Below are positions 1 through 8,438 of a stretch of DNA of 22,915 nt, piece after piece. The stretch spans positions 1 through 22,915 of the forward strand of contig JAYUUO010000281.1 in assembly GCA_043754515.1 (NCBI GenBank), written 5' to 3'. The first letter of the stretch is position 1. Each line of letters opens with the position of its first letter. Under the pieces are notes generated by a model. It searched no databases. It saw only the letters and a list, made by a program, of their open reading frames with translations, and had not been told where the DNA came from. The stretch comes from Armatimonadota bacterium (GTDB lineage Bacteria; Armatimonadota; Armatimonadia; Armatimonadales; Armatimonadaceae). The position numbers and the translations under genes were made by a program.

Positions 1-1
1 C

Positions 2-151
2 AACCGCCGTTCTCAATCGCATTTCCTCTGTCTTTCTTGTGGTTTCCAAGCCAACGCGGATTACAATGCTTCGGCAAATATAGCCCGCTCAGGCTCGGAG
101 ACACGGGCGCACAGGTTTTTGCTCCGCAAAATACCGAGTCAGTCCGCCTAA
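2..151 (+). CDS. tnpB: C-terminal fragment of IS200/IS605-family TnpB (RNA-guided RuvC nuclease), cut by the window edge
   Basis: Manual translation of frame +2 gives NRRSQSHFLCLSCGFQANADYNASANIARSG...QSA* (TAA 149-151). This has the second CxxC of the zinc ribbon followed by the RuvC-III motif NADxNAxxNI. Confidence 0.9.
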   Translation, partial: NRRSQSHFLCLSCGFQANADYNASANIARSGSETRAHRFLLRKIPSQSA

Positions 152-251
152 CGTCTTCTGTCGCTGTCACGCCTCGACAAACCGCCGCGGTTTGCGACGG
201 ATAGCGAAGATTGAAGGACAAGCCACCTGCCTTCAGGCGGTGGTCACTGAC
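100..251 (+). ncRNA. Predicted omega-RNA scaffold and right end of the IS200/IS605 element
   Basis: There is a long imperfect stem at 153-219 (TCGCTGTC 161-168 with GATAGCGA 200-207; CAAACCG 178-184 with CGGTTTG 188-194). It is followed by the subterminal hairpin CCACCTGCC-TTCA-GGCGGTGG (223-243) and terminal TGAC (248-251). The 5' boundary is approximate. Confidence 0.7.
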
Positions 252-295
252 GGCACAATACTCACCCGATCGCTCGCTGTCTATATACGAATGTA

Positions 296-304
296 GGGTA
301 AACT
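296..304 (+). promoter_or_regulatory. -10 element (GGG-TAAACT) for a probably leaderless Uma2 transcript
   Basis: TAAACT at 299-304 is separated from ATG 311 by 6 nt, with no Shine-Dalgarno sequence. Confidence 0.55.
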
Positions 305-310
305 ATTAGC

Positions 311-958
311 ATGAGTAACGCCGTCCTGGAAGCCCCAGTTCGCACGCCCGTCGTCGCACCCGCCGCGCCGCGGCATGTCACCGTATCCGACTATCTGGCG
401 ATAGACACGGCGGCGGCTCGGCGTAGCGAGTTCATCGAAGAGAAGATTATCGAGATGGCAGGAGCAAGCCGGGACCACGTTCGCATCGTAACGAATATCG
501 TTTCGCAACTGGCTGCTCAGACTGCTGACCGCGATTGTGACGTGTTTTCAAATGACACGCGCGTTCGCGCGGACAGTTATTACTACCCCGATGTCGGCGT
601 GGTATGCGGCGATTACCTCGTGGACAGCCGACAGATTGACACGCTCACCAATCCCACCGTTCTAATCGAAGTCCTGTCACGCTCCACGCAACAGGTTGAC
701 CAGGGGACCAAGCGGCGCAACTACCTACGCCTCCCCTCGCTCCGCACGTATCTTCTTGTGTCGCAGGACTTCCCCGCGGTCGAGCAGTACGAGCGCATCG
801 AAGACGGTGAGTGGCGATTCATCGAAACGGAGGGGCTAGACGCGACCGTGATGCTTCCGGCGATTGACTGCCAGTTGCCACTCGTCGCGATCTACCGCCG
901 CGTCGCGGTAGGTGACCTCGCGGAGCGGGATGTGGACGCCCCGAACGACGTGCGGTAA
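311..958 (+). CDS. Uma2-family (PD-(D/E)XK-like) putative endonuclease
   Basis: Contains RSEFIEEKIIEMAGASRDH, YYYPDVGVVC, PTVLIEVLSRST, DQGTKRRNY and LPSLRTYLLVSQD, the typical Uma2 motif series. Confidence 0.9.
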   Translation: MSNAVLEAPVRTPVVAPAAPRHVTVSDYLAIDTAAARRSEFIEEKIIEMAGASRDHVRIVTNIVSQLAAQTADRDCDVFSNDTRVRADSYYYPDVGVVCGDYLVDSRQIDTLTNPTVLIEVLSRSTQQVDQGTKRRNYLRLPSLRTYLLVSQDFPAVEQYERIEDGEWRFIETEGLDATVMLPAIDCQLPLVAIYRRVAVGDLAERDVDAPNDVR

Positions 959-1051
959 CCCTCGTAATGCCAACAGGAGAGGGATGCGTCCGTCGCGCGA
1001 CACACGGATCGCTGTAACAAGCCCCGTCAAACTCTTCGTGGTAGCACCAAC

Positions 1052-1189
1052 TAGGGCGATTGCATCATAGTTTAACCGCTTATCCGACGAGGGGACACGG
1101 CCCGCCGCCCGCGCCCACCGGAGATGTTCACGTCCCGGACTCGCGAGTACGCGTTGTATTAGCAACATAGCTATGACACAATCGCCCTA
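1052..1189. mobile_element. 138-bp MITE with ISAs1-like ends and a perfect 10-bp target-site duplication
   Basis: Terminal IRs are TAGGGCGATTGCATCATAG (1052-1070) and CTATGACACAATCGCCCTA (1171-1189), matching 17/19. The direct repeat TAGCACCAAC flanks it at 1042-1051 and 1190-1199. Confidence 0.85.
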
Positions 1190-1227
1190 TAGCACCAACG
1201 GGTAGTCCGCGTTCCGCGCTTGCAACA

Positions 1228-1236
1228 TGCTATAAT
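1228..1236 (+). promoter_or_regulatory. Extended -10 promoter (TGcTATAAT) of gatC, probably leaderless
   Basis: TGCTATAAT at 1228-1236 is followed by 6 nt and then ATG 1243, with no SD sequence. Confidence 0.75.
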
Positions 1237-1242
1237 CAGGGC

Positions 1243-1542
1243 ATGACACTAACAAGAGACGAGACGAAAAAGGTCGGTGCGCTCGCGCGGCTGGCACTTA
1301 CGGACGCGGAGATTGACCGCTACACCCAGCAGATGAACGATCTGCTCGCGCAGTTCGAGCGGCTCCAAGAACTTGACACCGACGACGTGCCGCCTATGAG
1401 CCATGCCGTGCCGGTCACCGCCCTGTTGCGCGACGACAGCATCACCCCCAGCCTGCCCCGCGATGTCGTGTTGTCGCAAGGCCCGAAAACTGACCCTTGG
1501 ATGGGCGGGTTCGTAGTCCCGCAGGTGCTTGGAGAAGGTTAG
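1243..1542 (+). CDS. gatC: Asp-tRNA(Asn)/Glu-tRNA(Gln) amidotransferase subunit C
   Basis: 99 aa with LARLAL, LQELDTDDVPPMSH, LRDD and FVVPQV. gatA lies nearby. Confidence 0.95.
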   Translation: MTLTRDETKKVGALARLALTDAEIDRYTQQMNDLLAQFERLQELDTDDVPPMSHAVPVTALLRDDSITPSLPRDVVLSQGPKTDPWMGGFVVPQVLGEG

Positions 1543-1589
1543 TTTCCGCCTTCCCCGGTTGCCGCTTCTTGTTCTTGATGGGGGCCGGG

Positions 1590-2108
1590 TTAAGCGATCG
1601 CTCGGCGCACGATCAACCGCAAAGACCCACATGACATGCCCAGCAACAGTGGCCCGGCTACTGACGCCTCGGGTACCACCAACGGTGCCTTTACCGTGAC
1701 ACTAAACGGCGCGGTCTCTAGATCGTTCATGTCCGCGGGCGATGGGCCTCCTCGGAGAAGGACGGCTCCGTTGTAAATGCCTGCGGACGAGTCGGTTGGT
1801 AGTAGCAGTGTCAACATCGTCGCCGAAAGCGACTCGTCGGCTGTGAAGAGTCGGTTGTAGTTAGCAAAGAACGGCGTGTCATCGAAGGTGATAGTGTTGC
1901 CGATCAGAAACCCTGCGTCACAAGAGACTATGCTTTCCGCCGCGCCGCTGGTGTTCGTGAATGATGCCGTTAGCGCGATGCTATCGGGAATGGCACCCTC
2001 CGTAACGGCGGGGAGTGGGGCAAGAGTTAGTGAGGCGTGGGCAACGCCACTGATAACGGTCATCAGGGCAAGGGAGGCTAGGGCGGCAACGGTGTATATC
2101 GGTTTCAT
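1590..2108 (-). CDS. PEP-CTERM (exosortase-sorted) surface protein, 172 aa
   Basis: The likely start is ATG 2108, giving the signal peptide MKPIYTVAALASLALMTVISGVAHA. The C-terminus has VPEAS, a hydrophobic stretch and RR. Confidence 0.8.
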   Translation of the reverse strand: MKPIYTVAALASLALMTVISGVAHASLTLAPLPAVTEGAIPDSIALTASFTNTSGAAESIVSCDAGFLIGNTITFDDTPFFANYNRLFTADESLSATMLTLLLPTDSSAGIYNGAVLLRGGPSPADMNDLETAPFSVTVKAPLVVPEASVAGPLLLGMSCGSLRLIVRRAIA

Positions 2109-2126
2109 GGGGTCTTTCCGGCGGCG

Positions 2127-2142
2127 CGTTTCACGTGAAACG
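2127..2142. promoter_or_regulatory. parS centromere-like site (ParB/Spo0J binding)
   Basis: CGTTTCACGTGAAACG has a perfect 14-bp core of the consensus TGTTTCACGTGAAACA. It sits in a 22-bp perfect palindrome (2124-2145) and is intergenic. Confidence 0.85.
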
Positions 2143-2167
2143 CGCTGCGATGAACGTCTCTTATAGG

Positions 2168-4101
2168 TTAAAGAGACGTAATTTTTAGGCCGGTGCTGAA
2201 CGCGCCGGTTTGCGCGGTGCCTCCGACCGACAACACGACCGACGCGCCGAGTCTCGCCACGCCCTTCGGAAATGTCACCATAAATAGCACGGCGCGACCG
2301 GGGACACACCCCGCCATAGGCGCGGGAAGCGAGGGCGCGCTCACCGTACCGAGACGCGCCGCCGTCAGCGAAAGCGTCAGATTCCGGTCGGCTTCGTTTC
2401 TACTCCGATACAGCGCGTGCGGGCTGACCTGATCGTCGTTCGTCGGGAAGGACAGGTACACCTCGCCGCGATTGTATGGATGCACCACTACGCTTGACGC
2501 CGCGTTATAAGACGGAAACTTGCCGTAATCCCCGCGATGCCACGTCTTGCCGCCGTCAACGGAGCGATAGAAAATTCCCCAACGCAACCCGTCCCCCGTC
2601 CCGGACTCGCAGAAGTAGCAAAAGGTGTTTCCAGACGGGTCGGATGGATCGGACGCGACCGCGCGGCTCGACAGCCAGGGCGTGATGTTCACCGCCCAGG
2701 ACTTCGGCAAGTCGCCCCGGTGCGCGTTTCACGCGGTGTCGTTATAATCGTTCAAAAGTGGGAACGGGGGAACGTCCGCCAGAGACGCGAGACGGCAGAC
2801 GTTCCAGCTAGCCCCGCCGTCCTCGCTGTAGCTCGGCCACGGGTTGCGCGAATCTTGGCTGTTGAACCCGGTACTCCACCACTGGTTACCGAATGCCGAA
2901 GCGGCGGGTACCCATACCGCCGTCGCCGAGTCTTTGCCGATGGGTACCACGGGCGCGAGTGCAACGCTCCCACCGCTACCGAGGAACACGGTGCCATCGG
3001 TGTCGATTTGCCTTGGGACGGTCGCGAACGCCTGAAATGTGCGCCCCCCGTCGCGCGAGTAGCCGTTGACGGGCCAGGACGACTGTCACTGATGGATGCC
3101 GACGAAGGCGACGTGGGCAGGGGCGTTCGCCGTGATGTCGAGGCTGGTAGCTCCCGCGACATGCGGGAACGGCGTGACGAAGTGCCCGTTCCTGTCGCTA
3201 ACGCCCGGATTGTTGTTATAATAGGACCACTGGTTGTTGAAGTTGGTGTTATCGGAACGTACAAACCGCCCGAGGGTGACACCACTCCGCACAACGGGCG
3301 GTCGCGCTTTGTGTCACCCCCCGCGTTCAGGGCAAGCCAGGTCGTGCCCGCGTCGTCGGATTGATAAACGCCCTCGCCGTAAACACCCAGATACAATCGC
3401 GTGCTTTTGGCATTGCCCTTCCCTTTGTCAAAAGCGACGAAGGTATAGCCAGGCGCGTTTCCGGGGTTGCCCGCGTTGTACCCGCCGAGCGTCTTCGGGT
3501 CAGGCACGGTGCCGTCGCCGACCCGTGACCAGGTGAACGTATTTCCCGCGCGCGTCGCCTTGTAAGCCCATCGGCACGAGTGGACAAGTAGAGCGAGTTG
3601 GGATCGTGCGGGTCAACGCCGAGTCGCTCGCCGGTGGTGTTCCTGTAATCGGAGTTCCCGCCTAGCGTGACGGGGAACGCGTTGCCGAAGCCGGTGGAGA
3701 GCCAGATCGCTCCGGCGTCTTCAGAGACCAGGACACCCGCCTTGCCTCTCTAGTGCATCGCGACATAAACGCGGCTCGCGTTCGACGGGTCAATCGCGAC
3801 ACTCTCCATGCTGATGTCGCTCGAATCCGACCGGTCCAGCCGGTCCATCAGTGGTAGCCACCGATCCCCGCCCCGGTCATATCGGTATATGCCCCCGACG
3901 TCGGTTCGGATGTAGACGTAGTATGGCGCGGAAGATTGAACGACAATGCCCGTCACATAACCCATCCCCTGTGTGTTAACACTGCTCATAATGAAGGGTT
4001 CGCCGCACCGTCGGCGCCATGAGAAGAGGTACCATCGTTAATGTCATCGCGCTCAGGGGGAGAATGGCGCGGTTTGTGAGTTTGGCGTTCGGGAAGAGCA
4101 A
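2168..4101 (-). pseudogene. Decayed secreted GH74 xyloglucanase-like / BNR-repeat glycoside hydrolase
   Basis: Collinear fragments: signal peptide from TTG 4101 (after RBS-like GAAAGGGG), GMGYVTGIVV..YIRTDVGGIYRYD, GGNSDYRNTTGERLGVDPHDPNSLY, and Asp-box repeats (SDDAGTTW, SRDGGRTF, SEDGGASW, SVDGGKTW). In-frame stops are at 3750, 3086 and 2729, with frameshifts near 4003, 3563 and 3257. Confidence 0.8.
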
Positions 4102-4124
4102 GGATTTGCCCCTTTCATTTTTAA

Positions 4125-4307
4125 TAGGAGTTACGCGGTTCGTCAAGGAACGCGGGCTGAAACCCACGTCATCGGCGAAACAAGTACAGTCAAGACTTGT
4201 TTTGACGATTGCCTGTCTAGACGCGTTCCGCGCCAGACGTCGGGTACCCGCTTGCGGGTGGGACGGACAGATCCGGGCATCCGAAACCGCCAACCGCGTA
4301 ACTCCTA
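4125..4307. mobile_element. 183-bp MITE-like element with perfect 16-bp terminal IRs and TTAA on both sides
   Basis: TAGGAGTTACGCGGTT (4125-4140) pairs with AACCGCGTAACTCCTA (4292-4307). TTAA lies at 4121-4124 and 4308-4311. The interior has no credible coding capacity. Confidence 0.75.
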
Positions 4308-4420
4308 TTAAAGTCATACCGAAGGGAATCGGGTGATGGTGCGTCCGCGTGGATAAAACCGACGCTGGCACGGCAGTCTGCACTGTTTCGATACAATGCC
4401 CTTCCACGTCAGGAATGTTG

Positions 4421-4546
4421 TAGGGCAACCGTACTATGAACATGTTGCTAACGCGATAAATGTCTGCGGGATACGCCGACGCGCGGGGCGAAACCCGCGT
4501 AGATAATTCATCGGGAAGTCAAGAGGACTAGGACGCGATTGCCCTA
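4421..4546. mobile_element. Diverged 126-bp relative of the 1052-1189 MITE
   Basis: It starts TAGGGCAACCGTACTATGAAC-ATGTTGCTAA and ends ACTAGGACGCGATTGCCCTA. The reverse complement of the first MITE starts TAGGGCGATTGTGTCATAGCT-ATGTTGCTAA and ends ACTATGATGCAATCGCCCTA. No TSD is recognisable. Confidence 0.65.
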
Positions 4547-4583
4547 GGGGGATCGCCAAGTGCTAAGCGCACGGTGTGTTCCG

Positions 4584-4592
4584 TGCTATAAT
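4584..4592 (+). promoter_or_regulatory. Extended -10 promoter (TGcTATAAT) of gatA
   Basis: The 9-mer is identical to the one before gatC. It lies 14 nt before ATG 4607, with no SD sequence. Confidence 0.7.
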
Positions 4593-4606
4593 GTTTCCAT
4601 CACCGT

Positions 4607-6085
4607 ATGAATGAACTGCTACTACTTTCTGCCGCCGAACTCGCCCACGCCGTAAAGTCCGGTACCGCCTCTGCCCGTGAAATAACCGATGCGTATCTGG
4701 CTCGCATCGAAGCCGTGGACGCAGGTCCGGAGACCGGCATCCGTGCCTATATCACCGTTACTGCCGACGCGGCTCGGGTCGCCGCTGACGCTGTAGATGC
4801 GAAGCGGGCGGCAGGAGAGCCGCTGTCTCCACTCGCGGGCGTGCCCATCGCGCTGAAGGATAACCTGTGTACCAAAAGCATCCCGACCACCTGTGCCAGC
4901 AAGATACTCGCCAGTTGGAGACCGCCCTACGACGCGACCGTGGTAGACAAGGTAGATATGGCGGGTCTGATCCCGGTTGGTAAGACGAACCTCGACGAAT
5001 TCGCGATGGGTTCATCTACCGAGAACTCCGGCTACTTCACCACGCGCAACCCGTGGAACCGCGCCCGCGTCCCCGGCGGCTCGTCCGGCGGGTCTGCCGC
5101 CGCGGTCGCCGCGCTCACCGCGCCGCTTGCGCTCGGCTCCGATACGGGCGGCTCTATCCGCCAACCGGCGTCGTTCTGCGGGCTGGTCGGCATCAAGCCG
5201 ACTTACGGACGCGTCTCGCGGTACGGGCTTGTCGCGTTCGGGTCGTCGCTCGACCAGATCGGACCGTTCGCACGCAACGTCACCGATGCCGCGCTGTTGC
5301 TCTCCGTGATAGCGGGGCACGACCCGCGCGACTCGACCAGTGTCCCGCGCCCCGTGCCAGACTACGCCGCCGCGCTGACGGGCACCATTAAGGGGCTACG
5401 AATCGGGGTGCCGAAAGAATATTTCGGCGCGGGGTTACAACCGCAAGTCCGCGCCGCCGTGATGACCGCCATCGGGATACTGCGCGGACTGGGCGCGAGT
5501 GTGGACGAAGTGTCGCTCCCGACTACCGATTACGCGCTCGCCGCCTACTACATTGTTGCCCCGGCGGAAGCGTCCTCGAACCTCGCGCGCTATGACGGCG
5601 TGCGTTACGGCTTCCGTCCCGAGGGCAAGTTCAAGAGTATTGACGATCTGTTCGAGCAGACGCGTGCGCAAGGGTTCGGCGCGGAGGTTAAGCAACGCAT
5701 TATGGTCGGGACGTACGCGTTATCGGCGGGCTACTACGACGCGTTCTACGCGAAGGCACAGAAAGTACGAACACTAATCCAGCGTGAGTTCGAGGGCATG
5801 TTCGCAAACTTCGACGCGGTAATCACGCCCACGGTGCCGACCACGGCATTCGGTATCGGCGAGAAGTCGGAGGATCCCCTCGCGATGAAACTTTCCGACA
5901 TTTGCACCATCCCGGCGAATATGGCGGGGATCCCGGCACTGTCGCAGTGTTGTGGGTTTGACCACGAGGGGATGCCAATCGGGTTGCAATTGATGGCACC
6001 GGCGTTCGGTGAAGAGACGCTGTTGCGTATCGCGCACGCATACGAGTCGGTAACGGATTGGCACACGCGCGCCGCGAGTCTTTAG
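4607..6085 (+). CDS. gatA: Asp-tRNA(Asn)/Glu-tRNA(Gln) amidotransferase subunit A
   Basis: Has the amidase signature ([45 protein letters not shown]) and GatA-specific [15 protein letters not shown] and [14 protein letters not shown]. Confidence 0.97.
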   Translation: MNELLLLSAAELAHAVKSGTASAREITDAYLARIEAVDAGPETGIRAYITVTADAARVAADAVDAKRAAGEPLSPLAGVPIALKDNLCTKSIPTTCASKILASWRPPYDATVVDKVDMAGLIPVGKTNLDEFAMGSSTENSGYFTTRNPWNRARVPGGSSGGSAAAVAALTAPLALGSDTGGSIRQPASFCGLVGIKPTYGRVSRYGLVAFGSSLDQIGPFARNVTDAALLLSVIAGHDPRDSTSVPRPVPDYAAALTGTIKGLRIGVPKEYFGAGLQPQVRAAVMTAIGILRGLGASVDEVSLPTTDYALAAYYIVAPAEASSNLARYDGVRYGFRPEGKFKSIDDLFEQTRAQGFGAEVKQRIMVGTYALSAGYYDAFYAKAQKVRTLIQREFEGMFANFDAVITPTVPTTAFGIGEKSEDPLAMKLSDICTIPANMAGIPALSQCCGFDHEGMPIGLQLMAPAFGEETLLRIAHAYESVTDWHTRAASL

Positions 6086-6093
6086 AGGCTCGG

Positions 6094-6137
6094 TGTTCCA
6101 CGTGAAACGCGCATCGGCTTACGTTTCACGTGGAACA
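6094..6137. promoter_or_regulatory. Pair of parS sites arranged as a perfect 16-bp inverted repeat, possibly also a terminator hairpin
   Basis: TGTTCCACGTGAAACG (6094-6109) and CGTTTCACGTGGAACA (6122-6137) are separated by 12 nt. They lie between the convergent stops of gatA (6085) and the HNH gene (6146). Confidence 0.85.
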
Positions 6138-6145
6138 GATGTCTG

Positions 6146-6496
6146 CTACAACGACGTTGCAATATTCAGTTCTAACACGGAGATGTAGACGGAGCCGCGC
6201 TGGGAGAGAGCTATGACTTCCCCGCTAGACCCGCGACTGACATGCGCCGCGAGATCATCTTCCTTCGGATGGAGCAGGCGCGACTCGTCCGTATCGCCCC
6301 AGTAGTTCCCCTTCGCCCGATTGCAACGCTCGCAGGAGTAGACCAGATTGTCAAGGCTATTCCTGCCGCCTTTCGTCAGCGGCTTGAAGTGGTCGCGTGT
6401 CAGAACCCCGCCCGCTCGTGCCTCGGGGATGCCGCAGTAGCCGCACCGGTAATCGTACAGCACGCGCAGATGTTGCGTCTTCTCGGAACGGGTCAT
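6146..6496 (-). CDS. HNH endonuclease (zinc-binding), possibly C-terminally shortened
   Basis: Contains RCGYCG...DHFKPLTKGG..SLDNLVYSCERCNRAKG followed by RLLHP. Confidence 0.88.
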   Translation of the reverse strand: MTRSEKTQHLRVLYDYRCGYCGIPEARAGGVLTRDHFKPLTKGGRNSLDNLVYSCERCNRAKGNYWGDTDESRLLHPKEDDLAAHVSRGSSGEVIALSQRGSVYISVLELNIATSL

Positions 6497-6505
6497 AGAG
6501 TCTAT

Positions 6506-6548
6506 ATTCTACCGTGCGGGTAACCGGGAAATGATTTGCAGATATAAT
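6506..6548. promoter_or_regulatory. Divergent -10 elements for the HNH gene (minus) and the Uma2 pseudogene (plus)
   Basis: Minus-strand CGG-TAGAAT (6511-6506) is 9 nt from ATG 6496. Plus-strand TATAAT (6543-6548) is followed by GGGAG and ATG 6568. Confidence 0.55.
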
Positions 6549-6567
6549 GCCGCCGGGAGAACAGAGT

Positions 6568-7248
6568 ATGACCGCAAGTGCCACACACTTCAAGCCAGCC
6601 GTACGCCCGAAATCGCTTAACGCATTACCGGAGCGTCCGCGCACGATTCGCTACCTGCCCTTCGAGGAGTTTCTCCAGCACGACTTCGGCGAAAAGCACG
6701 TCGAATAGGTTTACGGAAAGGTCGTTCAAATATCACCCGTTTTAAGTTATCACGTGGACTTGAGCCGCTTCCTGATCGCGTCAATCGCGACATTCGTAGA
6801 GGTGAATGAACTCGGCAAGATATTTCACGAGCCATACCTGATGAAGTGCGACGAGATACTCCCGGGTCGTTGCCCGGACATTCTGTTCGTGAAAAACGAG
6901 AATCTGGATCGGGTGACACGCGAATGCCTGCGCGGCCCCGCCGACCTCGTGATTGAGATCGTCAGCGAAGAAAGCAGGGCGCGTGACTGCGGCGAGAAGT
7001 TCAATGAATACGAAAAGGGCGACGTCGGCGAATACTGGATCCTCGACCCGGCACGCAACCGTGCCGACTTTTATCTGCGCGACATGGCAGGCGTCTTGCG
7101 AACGCAGATCCCGACAATCCTCGCGGACGGAAGCGAGACCTACCGGTACGCGACCATCCCCAGCATCGTCATATCGCTCGGCTGGCTCTGGCAACGCCCG
7201 ATGCCCTCCGTCACCGTGCCGCTACGGGAGAACGCCCCACGCCCGTAG
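6568..7248 (+). pseudogene. Second Uma2-family endonuclease, interrupted by one in-frame TAG
   Basis: ATG 6568 reads MTASATH...FEEFLQHDFGEKHVE*VYGKVV, with TAG 6706-6708 at the usual Trp of EWVxG. It continues in frame into PDILFV, GPADLVIEIVSEES, KFNEYEK and EYWILDP. Confidence 0.85.
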
Positions 7249-7404
7249 CGGCAGAATAAGTTGCTACTGCTTCGTTATCACGACGGATCACTCAACGGGA
7301 AGCTATCGCGACATGCGCGGTAAAACCACACCCGTCGCTTTCCCTGAGACATGACGCGTGTGACGCGGCTCCCTGTCAGCGAAGCGCGGTACAATGACGC
7401 CGAC

Positions 7405-8190
7405 ATGACCCGAACCGAAACAGACTTCCTCGACCAACTCCTCGCCGTCGCGCAGGACGGTGCCTACCTCGCCGGATGCCGCACGCTGGCATACTTCAAC
7501 ACGGGGGTCGTCCCCGACATCAAGAGCGACCTTTCTCCCGTAACCATCGCCGACCGCGAAGCCGAACAGGTGCTACGCGCGCGGATACGACAATCGTTCG
7601 CGGATCACGCGATTCTGGGCGAAGAGGAGGGCGAGGACGCCGCCACCGAGGGCGCGGCGGTGCGCTGGATCGTTGACCCCATTGACGGCACCAAAGCGTT
7701 CGTGACCGGCGTCCCGCTCTACGGCGTTTTGGTCGGCGTCGAGGTTGAAGGGGTCGCGTCGGTAGGCGTGATCTACATACCGGCGACCGGCGACATGATC
7801 GCGGCCCGTACCGGCGGCGGCGCGACCTGGAACGGCCGCCCGTGCCGCGTCTCGGACGTTTCCGACCTCAAGAACGCGCTCGTGGTGACTTCCTCGATCC
7901 GCCGGTGTCAGGGCCGCTCGGACGCGTTCGAGAACCTGGCCAAGCGCACGCGCCTGCAACGCACGTGGGGCGATGCGTTCGGCTACGCGCTGGTCGCGAC
8001 GGGCCGCGCCGAAATGATGCTCGACCCGGCAATGAAGCCGTGGGACTGCGCCCCAATGCTCCCGATCCTGACCGAGGCGGGCGGACGATTCTCGGACTGG
8101 CGCGGGAGCGTTACCATACACGGCGCGGACGCGTTCGGCACGAACGGTGCTTTATATGAGGAAGTATTGGCCATCCTGCGCGAGGGCTAA
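7405..8190 (+). CDS. hisN: Inositol monophosphatase-family protein, HisN-like histidinol-phosphate phosphatase
   Basis: Contains KSDLSPVTIADREAE, ILGEEEG, WIVDPIDGTKAF, WGDAFGYALVATGR and PWDCAP. ATG 7405 is preferred as start because TACAAT (7390-7395) lies just upstream. Substrate specificity is inferred. Confidence 0.75.
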   Translation: MTRTETDFLDQLLAVAQDGAYLAGCRTLAYFNTGVVPDIKSDLSPVTIADREAEQVLRARIRQSFADHAILGEEEGEDAATEGAAVRWIVDPIDGTKAFVTGVPLYGVLVGVEVEGVASVGVIYIPATGDMIAARTGGGATWNGRPCRVSDVSDLKNALVVTSSIRRCQGRSDAFENLAKRTRLQRTWGDAFGYALVATGRAEMMLDPAMKPWDCAPMLPILTEAGGRFSDWRGSVTIHGADAFGTNGALYEEVLAILREG

Positions 8191-8438
8191 CGCGTCAAAG
8201 CGATGACACGCGGCATACATGATCACGTTATCACTGCTTCCTCTACAGTGACGCCCCTACTCATCCGTATTATCACTGTCGGCCAAAGGATCTACGAAGT
8301 TGTCAGCCCGCTGGCACGGTATTTGCGACAATAGTACACGGCGGTACCAACACGAGCGCGGCACCGCGGTGAATCATCCCCATCCGACGCGAACCCCGCC
8401 CCGCAACCCGGCCAGAGCCTGCCTCGCCGGAAAGAGGG

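Noticed and set aside
2109..2309. N-terminal extension of the 239-aa ORF
   Set aside because: It overlaps the GH74-like 3' end and the parS site. The signal peptide starts at ATG 2108.
2724..2740. CGTTTCACGCGGTGTC as a fourth parS
   Set aside because: Only a half-site matches, and it lies inside the pseudogene's coding sequence.
3976..4443. 155-aa minus ORF and 105-aa plus ORF
   Set aside because: They mostly run through MITE sequence; the repeated NRVTPIK in them comes from the inverted repeat. Only the part from 4101 downward is the glycosidase signal peptide.
6146..7248. Divergent HNH + Uma2 pair as a dedicated defence system
   Set aside because: Both families are common as scattered solo genes, the Uma2 copy is broken, and no methylase or ATPase partner is present.
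7266..8280. Repeated TTATCAC words flanking hisN, and a TTATCCACG near 4350 (minus), as DnaA boxes or oriC
   Set aside because: They are short, imperfect and not clustered, with no AT-rich unwinding element or dnaA nearby.
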